DNA of 64,000 nucleotides from contig JAIVFI010000004.1 of NCBI GenBank assembly GCA_025558095.1, positions 496,001 to 560,000 of the forward strand, written 5' to 3'. This DNA is from Hyaloraphidium curvatum SAG 235-1. Its lineage: Eukaryota; Fungi; Monoblepharomycota. This document shows, in pieces, positions 25,557-37,235 of this stretch. Within the stretch, counting starts at the first letter, position 1. The number at the start of each line of letters is the position of its first letter. The notes beneath the pieces were generated by a model, which worked only from the letters and a program-made list of their open reading frames with translations, did no database searches and was not told the origin of the DNA. The position numbers and the translations under genes were made by a program.

Positions 25557-28500
25557 ATGGACGATTCGGACGGCGAGGCGCCAATTTGCGGGCGGGGCAA
25601 GCCGCCGAGGGTGCCGGACGATGACTCGGACGGCGGCGAGGTGGCGGCGGGAAAGGGCGGGTCGGGCGGTTCCAGCGAGCCGGGCGACATCGAAAGTGAG
25701 ATGACGGCTTTCATTTGCGACGGGCGGAATCTGACGGCCGGCTTCCGAAAAGCGGAGGGCGGCTCCGGGGCTTCCGGTCCAGCGGGCCAGCCTCGGAGCG
25801 GCGGGCCTTCCAAAAAGGGGGCCGGCTCGGAGGACGATGATTCGGAGAATGGAGGCGACGAAGAGATGGGGGATGGCGAGGAGCGGAGCGATGGGGAGGC
25901 GGGAGGTGGGGGTGCGAGATCCGGGGGGGTGGCCGAGCGGCGACTGACGTGTTCCGGCAGATCGAGAGGCGGACGATCAGGTGATGCAGGATGTTTGGAA
26001 GGTGCAGAAGAAGCTCGAGGGTGGGATCTGGCGTGCATCGGGTTTTGCAGCCTCTGATTTTCGGGGGTTGCAGAAGGGGACGGCGATTTCGATGCGGAGG
26101 GCTCGACGTCCGAGGAGTGCGAGGGCTCCGAGATCGGCTACGATTCGGACGAGGGCGGCGATCGTTCCGGCCAGGCGTCGGAGAGCGAGTCGGACGGATC
26201 GGATGTCGATCGGAGGCCGAGGCGGGGTCGGGGACCGGCGATGCGCGGTCGAGGCGCTCCGGGATGGGCGATGCGCGCAAAAGGGGTGCATGCTGCGGCG
26301 AGGGTGCTCGAGATGGCGGAAGCGGCCGATCCGGAAAGCGGGGCGAGCGACAACGAGGCGAGCGACGACGAGGCAAGCGAGGACGGGGCGGTCAAGCTGC
26401 GCGCGCTAAAAGGGAAGCAGGTCGTGCGGGCGGACGGGTCCTTCGGGAGCAACGAGCGGCCTTCGGCGGCGCGCCTCATGCAGCCGGCGAGCGTGCAGCA
26501 TCCCGTTCCGCGCATAACGGTCGTCGACGACGAGGCGGCGCTGTTCTTCGGGCCGGCCGGCGGTGCGGACGGAGGCGGCGATCGGACCGAGGCGCTCGAC
26601 GGCGACGGCGACGAGGAGATGGAGGTGCTCGAGAGCGGGCTCGTGGAAAAGGGGCGGCTTTCGCCGTTGGAGCTTCCGATCAAGCGGAGGGCGCCCGGTT
26701 CGCGGTCGGCCTCGCACTCGCCGCCGCCGACGCCGACGCCCAAAACTCCGGCCCGCAAGAAAAAGGCCAAGGCGGACGCGGCAGCGAAGGAGCAGGCCCG
26801 GGTCAACCCGGCGGCGGAAATTCAGCGGACGTTCATGTTTGCGCGGGACAAGCTCGGGCGCGTGTTCATGGTGCGGCGGGTGGACGACGACGGACACAAG
26901 TACCCTTGCTATGCGGCGCCGTTGTGCAAATCCAAGAACGTCGAGAACACCTTCCGGAGGCACGCCAGGACGTGCGATGAAGTCGCGAAGCTGGGCTACG
27001 GATTTCTCGACATCACCACCACGCAGTACGGGATCGATCCGCCGCCGGGGGCGTCGGCGGTTCAGCGGGCGGACAAGTTCCTGCAGAAGATGCGGGGTGC
27101 AGTGCTGTCCAACAACAAGACAGCGCCGGAGGAGGAGCGGATCCGGCCGACCAGGAAGGCGGTCAATCCCGTGATCGCGCCGGAGCTCCGGCGTGCGATC
27201 GAGGACGGCGCGTTTGCCAAGACCAGCGCTGGCGATGTGCTGCATTTCGTGCTCGGCGAGGACGGCCGCTTCGTGTGCGGGGAACACGGCTGCGCGGCAA
27301 CGGATCTCCGTCGGCACGCGGAGAAGTGCCCGGTCGCTGCCCATGCCGAGGGCGCGCTGGACCTGACGGTGACGCAGTACGGCATCGCGCCGCTGGCCAA
27401 GAAGGGCGCCACGAAGCTCGAGCGCGCGGACCACTTCCTCAACCAGCTCTTTCGAGCGACCATCTCGATCGGCAAGGCCGGCGCAGCCAGTGCGAAGCGG
27501 GCGGAAGTGATCGAGAAGGAGGCCGGGTCCGCTTTCGAGCTGAACCGCCTGAAGATCATCACCGAGCTGCTGCGGCAGACGGGCGCGGTGTCGCTGGCGG
27601 AGCTGGAGAAGGGCAAGATGTCGTACGAGTGCCTGGTGCAGGGCTGCAACCAGCAGATCCAGTAGTGGGTTCATCACGCGCAGCATCGCGCCGGCGCTCG
27701 ATTTCCCGCTGACCCACTATCCTTCCAGTGCCAAGTTCGTCTGCACGCGCGTCTGCGCCCGGCACCTCGGGGCCCAGGGCTTCGGACTCGTCGTCTGCGC
27801 CGGCTGCGGCGTTATCGCGGACTCGATCATGGCGGGCGAGTACTGCACGGCATGCCTCAGCGACGCCTCGGCATCCTCCCCGGAATCCCGGCACCTGCAC
27901 CCCCTGGCCTACGCCGACTGCGACCTCGCGCTGTACCCCCTGCCGCCGCCCGGCACGCCCATCTTCTACGGCATCCTCGGCACGCCCGAGAACCTCCCCC
28001 TGCTCCGCTTCCGCGAGAAGCTCGTCGAGGTGCGCGGAACTTTCGTCTGCAGGCCGTCGTCGTGCGGCAAGCCCAAGTTCTCGTGGGTCTTTTGCCGGCT
28101 GCGTGTCGAGCATGCGGCCTTGCTCACGCACTCTGCCGACAGGGAAGCAGCAACCTGCTCTTACGAATGCTTCCACGAGTTTGCCGCGGAATGCGGCCTC
28201 GAGTCGCCGCCCCGCTGCGCGAGGGAGCGGTGCAAGCGCGTCGTCAACTTCGGAAACCCGCGCCCCGCCTACTGCATCTGGTGCGCCAAGCACGACGATC
28301 TTCCGCCGCCCGGCGTCGGGCACCCGGCGTCGTACGCGGACTGGGTGCCGAACAGCAAGAGGTGGGCGCGACCGGCGGGGGCTTCTCGTGGCGGGGACTC
28401 ACGATTTTCCGCAGGATCCTGAAGGTGCCCGATTGCGTGCCGGCCAAGATGCCCGGCGCCAAGGAGACCTTCTTCGACGACCCCGAGAACGAGCGGCTCT

Positions 28501-28882
28501 ACTACGAGGAGAACATGGATGTCTGTGCCTACTGCAACGGGTTCCACAGGTGGGTTGTCCGCCCCGGCCGCTCGATCAGCTGCCGACCGTGCACCCGCCC
28601 CGCAGGTCGCACGACGACGACCTGGAGCCGCTCTTCTGCACACGAGAGTGCGCCGTTTCGTACGCCATCGTCGAGAACGTGCGCCTGCTCACGTGCACGC
28701 GGGGCTGCGGTCAGATGATCTCCCGCGTGCACGGGTCGATCATGCACTGCGGCGGGCCCAAGTGCCGCCAGCGGCTAACGGCCGGCACGTACTTGGACAA
28801 CGTAAGGAGCTGGCCGCAGCTTGCTCCGCTGTACCCCGAGCTCAACTTCGACGACATCTCATTCGAGGGGGACGAGGAGTAG
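25557..28882 (+). CDS. Cassette gene A: unknown ~1013-aa protein with an acidic disordered N-terminus, two tandem ~100-aa C2HC-type repeats and a multi-Cys C-terminus (6 exons)
   Basis: Phase-consistent introns at 25906-25960, 26021-26073, 27662-27728, 28362-28414 and 28550-28605 join the partial ORFs into 3042 nt. The internal repeat reads C-x4-5-C...RRHAxxC...LDxTxTQYGIxP...RADxFL, and the C-terminal half has many CxxC/CxxxC pairs. Confidence 0.7.
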
Positions 28883-29104
28883 GTGGTGGCCGAGGCGGCG
28901 GCGGGAAGCGATGCAGAAGGGACGTTTTTCAGATTCACCAGTTTTGCGATTTGCCATTTGTACAGATGATGTTTCGGGCAATTTGGAGGATGACGTGGTG
29001 CCGGGCACGTGCAAATGTGGAGCGGCTGGGGAGGCGAATCGATGAAGAAGCCGCACCGGCCCAGCGGAGCTCCGACAGCCGACAACCCCGGAGCCCTCGC
29101 AACC

Positions 29105-32100
29105 ATGGCGGCCCGTAGGGCGGTCACGGGCGAGCGTGTCCGGCAGATGCTCCTCGACAATCTGACCCCGCTCGCGAGGAAGCTTGTGGACGAGGACGAG
29201 GAGGCGACGGTCAAGCTCAAGCTCGTCGGGCCGGCCGTGCAGGGGGCGCTCATGATCTTCCATGCCGAGAGTCCCTTTACGCTCGCCCATCGGGACGCGA
29301 TGCTGAGCCACCTGCGCAAGCAGCGGGGCGTGGAGCGGGCGCGCGTCGTGACCAGGACCATCAACAACCTCGACGACGGCTTCATCATCGAGGTCCTCAT
29401 CGGCAACCCCGATCCGGACCCCACGTCGCCGCACCCACACTCGAATGCGCTCTCGCAGATCCTGCGGAAGGACAAGGGCCCGGGGGCGCAGCGCTCGAAG
29501 GACGACGATGACCCGTTCGCCGGCAACCTCCCGCACCCACACGCGGCCATGCTCGCCTGGATCATCGTCGGGACGCTGCCGGTCACCGTCTGGAACCCCG
29601 CGCGAGGGGCCATGACGACTGCGGAGCGCACGGCGCAGCAGGCGCGCGTCGACGCGCTGGTGCCGCTCCGACTGCCGTACGCCCAAGTGCGCGCCCTCGT
29701 CTGCGAGGCGCTCAACTACCCGACGGGACCCCTCACGCCGCTGACCGATTCCACGAGAGTGCTGGTGCGCAAGTTCGAGCGGATGGGCAGCGACGGTTCG
29801 GACTTCTGGGCTTCCCTCGGGGTGCGGATCTTTCGAGGCGCTCGGGGCGCATCGAACTCATCGTCACGCCCTGCAGATCGGCCATGCCAGCGGTTACGCA
29901 TTCAAGACGGAGGAGCGCGCCTTGCAATGCGACTACGCTGATCTGGGCACCGTTGCGGAAGTGGTACCGCCTCCGCCGCCGCCACCCCCGCCCGAAGGAG
30001 CCGACGACGATCCCAACCCCAACCCGAACCCGAACCCGGCCGCCGATTTCGCGAACTGGAATATCCGCCGTGTGCACACCTACCCGGGCTTTTGGGGCTT
30101 GAACGTCTCCACCAAGCTGGCTCCCTTCACGGCGGCGCTGCACCTGGGCGAGGGCCACCCCGGGAACTGGGTCCCGAACGCCGCCACCATCGCTCTGCTC
30201 GGCATTCAGGAGGCGCCTATCGACCTCATCGTATGCGATCCGATTTCCGTCGGCGAGCTGCTGGACAAGGTCAAGGTGCCGCCGAACGGGACCGTGGTCA
30301 ATGGGAGCGGGCATCTGCGGAGCAAGGTGATCTCGCGCCTCGTGCATCCGACGGAGGAGCGGCTGCGCACGGCGGCACGTGCCGATCGGGGACCGCGGGC
30401 GCCGAAGGAGAGGGCGACGCTGGTCGACGACTTCTACCGGGAGGACAAGATGGCGCTGTCGACGCACAACGTGGATGCGGCCGAGTACGGCACCGGCGGG
30501 TCGCCTGACGCGCACGTCAAAAGCCCCGCTCGCCGCCCTGCCGCGTTTCCGCCCCCGCCGGAGTCGGACGACCTGCCCGAGGTCCCCCGCGTCGTGATCC
30601 AGATCCGCGTCTCGGCCAAGGATCTTGCCTCGCCGCGGGAGTGCATCTGGCAGGCGGTGGTCCTGCTCCGGGTCATCGAGTACATCGTGCGGCGCAGCGG
30701 CGTGCTCGAGATCATCTTCGTGTTCGAATACGGCGCAGTCTCAAACGCGTCGTACCCGGCGGTCCGCGACAGGAGCGTGCTCTGGAAGGCCATTGAGGGC
30801 GACTTCTCGCAGATTCGCAGCAAGCACAGGCTTGCTTTCGTCAGGCGCAGGTCCCCGGGGAACCCTCCGGTCGGTGCTCATCGGCGCACCCTCGTCCTTT
30901 CTGTCGCCCCGCACCGCATGGATCGCTTCCACCTGCGGCTGGGGGACGAGGCGGCCAAGATCTACGAGGGCCGCTTGCCCAATGACCCCGAGCGCAACAT
31001 GTTTTGCAGCTTCACCCCGGACTCGGCCGACCCGACCGAGTTTGTCGAGCTCGCGCCGGGGAGCCATGCCCTGCGCGTCGAGACGCAGCGCCTCAAGGAG
31101 CTGGAGCTCAACACCGCCGCGCGTGCCAGCAGGATGCACATCGTTGCTTCGGACATGAACTTCAACGCGGCGGTCGATCGAGGGGCCAACAGCCTGCTCC
31201 AGTTCAACATTCAGACGGTGGGCGGGCGCTTCATCTTTTGTGGGCCATGCTAACGCAAATGCTCGCACAGGTCTTTGCCTTCGTCGCCTGTCACGACTAC
31301 TCCAAGGCCGTCCTCATGGACCGCTCTTCCTCGGTCGGCAATCCCGCCTACGGCGTCGACGCGGCCGAGGCCGTGCACCCGATGACCACGCTGCGCCTGG
31401 CCAACACCAACTTCGGCGTCCACTACGTCGCCGAGCACCGCGACGACCTCGAATTCACCACCGTCAGGCTGGACCACGTCTCGGCCAGCCACGAGGACCA
31501 GGCAGAGGCGCAGTTCTTCGAGGAACTGGTCATGGTCGGATGCGCTGCGATCGTCTTTCTCCGCGACCTCTCGCGCCTGACCCGCGGCGGGATTGAGGCC
31601 GTGCTGCGAATCCTGCGCAAGCTCCAGGCCGCGAGCGCCACGCTCGTCCTCATGCACGTTCCGCACTCGTTCCTGGCAAACTGGCCGAATTGCGAGGCGA
31701 TGCTTAGGGCTCTGTGGACGCCGCTGCTGTTCGAGCGCTACCTGCACGCTGTCGGGCAAGCGGCCATGCGCGAGTTCATGAACGAGGTCGACAAGTTTCG
31801 GGCGACGGCTTCGGACTCGACACAAATGATCAACTTCCCCGTCGTCCTCCAGGGCCTGGACGGGAACCCGAACCCCGAGCTCATGCGCCGCGTCGAGACG
31901 GTCGCGGCGCGTGAACGGGCCGCGGCGCAGACGCTGGCTTCGGAGCGCTACGCCCGCTTCCTCACGCGCGTCGAGTCGTCGGCCGCGATCCCCAGCAACC
32001 TCGCTCCCCCGCCGGGCACGACCGAGGTCACGCAGGCCATGATGGTGGAGTTGGCGCAGATGGCGCAGGTCGTGGTCGGGCCGCAAACCGACGTTCGAGG

Positions 32101-32527
32101 CTACGGGCAGGACCTGCCGACGCAGGTTTACCCGGCCCCGTCGTTCACCCGGGAGGGCGTGTGCGCTTGTGAAGCACAGTTCTTTCACGTTCCCTTTTGC
32201 TGGTGCATGCCGGGCGAGTGCCCGTTCTGCGACAACTCGCAGCCCCTGCTCTGCGAGAGCGGCTGCTCGCCGTTCGACTGCCATTGCGCGCTCGGCTGTA
32301 CCTGCAGGTGCCGGCGCGGGCCCGGAAACACCCCCGCCTGGTGCTGCAAACACTCGGACATCGGCGTCACGAACCCGCAGCTGACGGCCTTCCGCATCGT
32401 CGAGGGCCTCGGCCTCGACAACGACGAGCTGCCGGTCGCCCTCCAGAGCAGGGCTCTGGTCGACGCCGACACCGCCGTCGAGGCCTACCGCAGCACCGGC
32501 GCCAAGGACGACGACGACGAGGAGTGA
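29105..32527 (+). CDS. Cassette gene B: ~1104-aa protein with two tandem serine-recombinase (resolvase)-like domains and a Cys-rich C-terminus (3 exons)
   Basis: Phase-0 introns at 29822-29876 and 31218-31270 (branch GCTAAC) join three long ORFs. Domain 1: VVIQIRVS...Q...FEYGAVSN...R...LVLSVAPHRMDR. Domain 2: AVLMDRSS...DHVSA...IVFLRDLSRLTR...LRKLQAASATLVLM. An in-frame upstream ATG at 29042 is an alternative start. Confidence 0.65.
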
Positions 32528-32541
32528 AGAGCTGGAACGAG

Positions 32542-32586
32542 TTTCACGACGGACACTTTTCGCAACGGACGCTTTCGCAACGATGC
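32542..32586. repeat. Three imperfect ~15-bp direct repeats immediately after the gene B stop
   Basis: TTTCACGACGGACAC, TTTCGCAACGGACGC and TTTCGCAACGATGC. Confidence 0.6.
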
Positions 32587-33047
32587 TTCTCCGAGATACA
32601 CACCGGATCGTGCTTCGACCGCAGATACCCTCTCGAATGTACAGCTTTGTCTTCAATTGGATTCGTTCGATTTTCCGACTTTGCCGCTTCGTCCGCCCCG
32701 TCCGAACCTCTCGCAAACCAGCCAAGAGTTATAAAAGGGCAGGCAATGAAACGGGGAGCAGAGGGAAAAGGGGAAGGTATCGAACGGGGAGGAAGCGAAA
32801 AGATGAGAAGATCGGAAATAGAGCAGTTCGAGCGAGCACTACGAAGCATTCCCGGCACGGCGAACCTAATCATGGCTTTGATGGGCACTGATCAGCTCTA
32901 CCTGCTCGTCGCTCCGGTGGCTCGAACGTCTGGCGAACGTGCCGCATCCGAGCGTCCCCCAGGTCTGCGGTGTGGCAAGTGCCGGGCCCGGATGAACCGC
33001 CATAACCCCCGCGATTCTCTCCTCGAGCAATAGCTGCTCTTTTAACC

Positions 33048-36000
33048 ATGAAGGTGTCTTGGACGGGGAAGCGCCCTGCTTCTTCCAAGCCCGGGGAGCC
33101 GGCGGGCCCGACAGAGGCTCTACCGTCGTCGGCACCGTCTCAACCGCCCGTGTCTCCCGCGTCGTCGCGTCTCGGGGCCATTGCGGGCCATCTGGCAAAG
33201 CCCGGAGCGCCCGGAATACTGATTGCGAACCGAGGAGAGATTGCAATCAGGTGATTTGGTTTCCGGGGCATTGAGCTCGGAGACAGTCGAAGCTGACGCG
33301 ACGGCACGACAACGGCCAGGATCGCGCAGGCGGCGGCTTCGCTGGGCCTCCGATCGATCGCCGTCTTTTCTGAGGACGATTCCTTGAGCCTGCATGTCCG
33401 CAAGGCCGACGAGGCCTACCCGCTCAAGGGTAGAGGGCCTTCGGCGTACCTCGACGTGGCCCAGATCGTCTCGATCGCGCGGGAAGCGAAAGCGGCGGCC
33501 GTGCATCCCGGCTACGGCTTCCTCTCCGAGTTGCCCGAGCTGCCGGCCGCACTGCAGGCCGCCGGGATCGCGTTCGTCGGGCCCTCGCCCGCCTGCCTCG
33601 AACTCTTTGGGGACAAGCAGGCCGCCAAGGACCTGGCGTCCAGGTGCGGCGTGACGATCGTGCCCGGCACGCGCGCAGTGGCTTCGGCGGAGGAGGCCCT
33701 CGTCTTTTTTCGCTCCGTCGCCGATCCCGCCGTTTACGAGGGTGTGATGGTCAAGGCGGTCTACGGCGGAGGCGGCCGCGGCATGCGCGCCGTCACCTCG
33801 TCCGCCGAGCTACCCGACGCCCTGGCGAGGTGCCAATCGGAAGCCCGGGCAAGTTTCGGCCGCGGCGAGGTCTACTGCGAGGCCCTCGTCTCGCGTCCCA
33901 GGCACATCGAGGTGCAGCTCCTTGCGACGGCTTCCCAAAGGATCACGCTCGGAACGCGCGACTGCACGCTCCAGCGGCGCCACCAAAAGATCGTCGAGAT
34001 CGCCCCGGCGCCTTTGCTTGATCCCCGCGTTGCTTCGGAGCTCGAAGCCGCAGCCATCCGGATGGCCGCCGAGGCGCGGTTCGTGGGGCTCGGCACGTTC
34101 GAGTTCCTCGTCAAGGGCAACCGCTGGTGGTTCATTGAGACCAACGCCAGGGTGCAGGTTGAGCACACCGTGACCGAGGAGGTGTACGACGTGGACCTTG
34201 TCGCGGCCCAGATCCGGATCGGGCTGAACAACAACATTTCTTTGGAGGAGCTCGGATTGGGCGACTTTGTCGGCGGGCATGTGAGACCGAGGGGTTGGGC
34301 GGTGCAGCTGAGGGTCAACGTGGGTCCATTCCTCCCCGATCCCAACTTCGTTCATGCCCGCTTTCACAGATGGAGAAGGCCGAGTACCTCGGCGGCCCCG
34401 AGCCCGTCTGGGTCCCCACCTCCGGCTTGACCATCCACGCTTTCGAGCCGCCCTCGGGCCGGGGCATCCGCGTCGACGCTGCGGCGTATTCCGGGTACCG
34501 GACCAACGCCTCCTTTGACCCTCTGCTGGCCAAGCTGATCGTGTCTGGCGCCTCGCTGGGGAACGTGCTCAAGCGGTGCGTCAGGGCCCTGGAGGAGTTC
34601 AGGATCGAGGGCGTCGAGACCAACGTGCCGTTCCTGAGGGCGGTGCTCGAGGCGGAGGACGTCGCCGTTCTCGGATCGCACGCTCCCGCCGGCCTCGATC
34701 TGCACACAAAGTGGATCGAGGAAAAGATGGAGGCGCTCGCAGCTGCGGCAGGGTGGAAGGGCAAAAGGACGGACTCCAAAAAGCTGTTCTTTTCGGGTGC
34801 GGAGCTTGGCGTGGTGACGCCGGCGCGGCAGGAGGGCGGGGCCGAGATGCCGGCGATCGCGACGCCGCCGGGGACCGTGCCGACCGTGGTGCCGATGCAG
34901 TCGACGATCGTCAGGTGGGTTTGGCAGAACCTCATCGGAAACTGCCGGCCCGTTGATCGGATCCGCCCAGCATCGACGTCAAGGTCGGAGACAGCGTCAA
35001 GAAGGGCCAGCAGCTCGGCGTGCTCAACGCGATGAAGATGGAGCACGTCGTCTACGCGACCGTCGCGGGCACGGTCCGCGCCATTACCGGCACCGTCGGG
35101 CTTACGCTCCCCAAAGCCTTCCCGTTCGCCTTCATCGAGCCCTCGGAGGGCGTCGGCGAGGAGGAGGAGGTGCTCGCACAAGTCGACCTCGATCACATCC
35201 GCCCCGATCTGGCCGAAGTCAACTCGCGGATCGCCCTCACCCAGGACGCTGGCCGCCCCGACGCCGTCGCGCGCCGCCGCAAGCTCAGGAAGCGCACCGC
35301 ACGCGAAAACATCCTCGACCTCGTCGATCCCGACAGCTTTATCGAGGTCGGCGCGCTGCAGCTCGCGGCGCAGCGGCAGCGGAGGAGCTTCGAGGAGCTG
35401 CTGAAGCTGAGCCCGGCGGATGGGATGGTTGCCGGTTGGGCTCACGTCAACGGGGACCTGTTTGACGACGAAACGAGGACGAGGGTGATGGTTTCCAGCT
35501 ACGACTACACGGTGTTGGCGGGCACGCAGGGCGTCATGAACCACAAGAAGGTGCGTCGGATCGGCGGTCGGAGCTGGACAGGAACTGAACAGTGTTTCGC
35601 CCGAGCAGAAAGACCGCGTTTTCAAGCTTTGCCTCGAGTACAGGGTTCGCGTCTCCGGTTGCCTTCAAGTTCGATAAGGTCCTCACCGACTTCGTCTCCG
35701 AAACAGGTTCCTGCGGTATTCTTTTGCGAAGGGGGCGGCGGTAGACCCGGGGACACCGACATCGAAGCTGCAGGAGGCCTTGACGGCAACACTTTCCGCC
35801 TCGTGGGTCTGCTGATACCCCGATGTCGTCTGTCCTCATGTCTTGCGATTCGCAGTGGGCTCAACTTTCCGGTCTTGTGCCGCTGATCGGGGTGACGAGT
35901 GGCTACTGCTTTGCGGGCAATGCGGCCATCCTGGGACTCTGCGATGTCATCATTGCGACCGAGGATAGCAACATCGGGATGGGAGGGCCGGCCATGATCG

Positions 36001-37108
36001 AGGGCGGCGGTTTGGGAGTGGTCAAGCCGACCGAGATCGGCCCCGTTTCCGTGCAGGCTCCGAATGGGTGGGTCCAATCGCGGTGGCGACCGGTGTGCAG
36101 TTTGCTAAGGCCCACACCTCCCAGTGTGATCGACGTCGTGGTCAAGGACGAAGCCGAGGCCGTCAAGGTGGCCAAGAAGTACCTCAGCTACTTCCAGGGA
36201 AATTTGAAGGACTGGAGCTGCGCAGACCAGCGCACTCTGCGCCGCCTGATTCCCGAGAACCGCCTGCGTGCGTACGACGTGCGCGACGTGATCAACGCGC
36301 TGGCGGATACGGACTCGGTGCTGGAGCTGCGCAAGCACTTTGGCCAAGCCATGATCACTGCGTTTATCCGCATCGAGGGGAGGCCGATCGGGGTGCTTTG
36401 CAACAATTCGGCGGTGCTGGGAGGTGCGATTGCGTCGGAGGAGGGGGAGAAGTCGGCGAGGTTCATGCAGCTGGTGAGCTTGAGATTTGGACGTAGCTGC
36501 GTCTTTCAGGATGCTAATCTCTTGCAGTGCGATGCGTTCGACATTCCGATCCTCGCGCTTTGCGATACACCCGGTAGGTGGTTCATTTTCCTCCCACCCT
36601 TCAACTCCTTGACGAGCACCCCTGCTTTCAAGGCATCATGGTCGGCGTCGAGCACGAGAAAACGGCCCTCGTCCGACGCGTGTCGAGGATGTTTGCGGCT
36701 GCCGGGTCCATCACGGTGCCTTACCTCATGGTCGTGCTCCGAAAAGGATACGGGCTGGGCGCGATGGCGATGGGCGCGGGATCGTTCCACGGACCCTTGC
36801 TCAACGTGAGCTGGCCGACGGGAGAGTTCGGCGGGATGGGATTGGAGGGAGCCGTGAGGTTGGCGTACAAGAACGAGCTGGCGGCGATCGAGGACCCGAA
36901 GGAGCGCCTCAAGGTCGAGAACGACATGATTGCTCAGCTCTACCAGGCCGGAAAAGCTCTGCGAGCGGGCGAGTTTCTCGAGATTGATGCGGTGATCGAC
37001 CCTGCGGAAACGCGGAAGTGGGTGCTCGCTGGTTTGAAGAAATGTGTCGGAGGGCGCGGATGGACACCGGGACGGCCCAAGAAGAGGCCGATGGTCGATA
37101 CCTACTAG
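33048..37108 (+). CDS. Single-chain biotin-dependent acyl-CoA carboxylase (BC-BCCP-CT, long-chain acyl-CoA carboxylase type), multi-exon
   Basis: BC: ILIANRGEIAIR, HPGYGFLSE, GGGGRGMR, RDCTLQRRHQK, ARVQVEHTVTE. Biotin site: NAMKME. CT: DYTVLAGTQG, EGGGGRPGD, GYCFAGNAA, SWPTGEFGGMGLEGAV. C-terminus RPMVDTY. Confidence 0.9.
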
Positions 37109-37235
37109 ACGAGGACTGTATTGCGAACTAGACGATCTTTGGCACATGCTGGATCCTGGGCGCCGTCTGTTGTTCGTGAACAAGGACAAGCGAGGTGCGG
37201 AAAATGAGAACCACGAATCCCCGACATCTCTGAGC

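Larger units (their letters stand above)
25557..32527 (+). mobile_element. Putative mobile or domesticated two-gene cassette (zinc-finger gene A + serine-recombinase-like gene B); ends not defined
   Basis: Two unrecognised genes, one recombinase-like, lie between conserved metabolic genes, and a second decayed copy in the same order and orientation lies at 38.4-40.1 kb. No TIR or TSD was found. Confidence 0.35.

Noticed and set aside
29968-30040. Poly-Pro and (AACCCG)n tract resembling telomeric repeats
   Set aside because: In-frame low-complexity linker (PPPP, PNPNPN) within gene B, not TTAGGG.
25450-32685. AAAGTCGG (~25455) and CCGACTTT (~32675) as cassette TIRs
   Set aside because: Only an ~8-bp match with no TSD; expected by chance.
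32746-33033. Short ORF MKRGAEG...CGKCRARM between gene B and the carboxylase
   Set aside because: Atypical codon usage and no recognisable motif beyond one CxxC; more likely promoter or UTR sequence.
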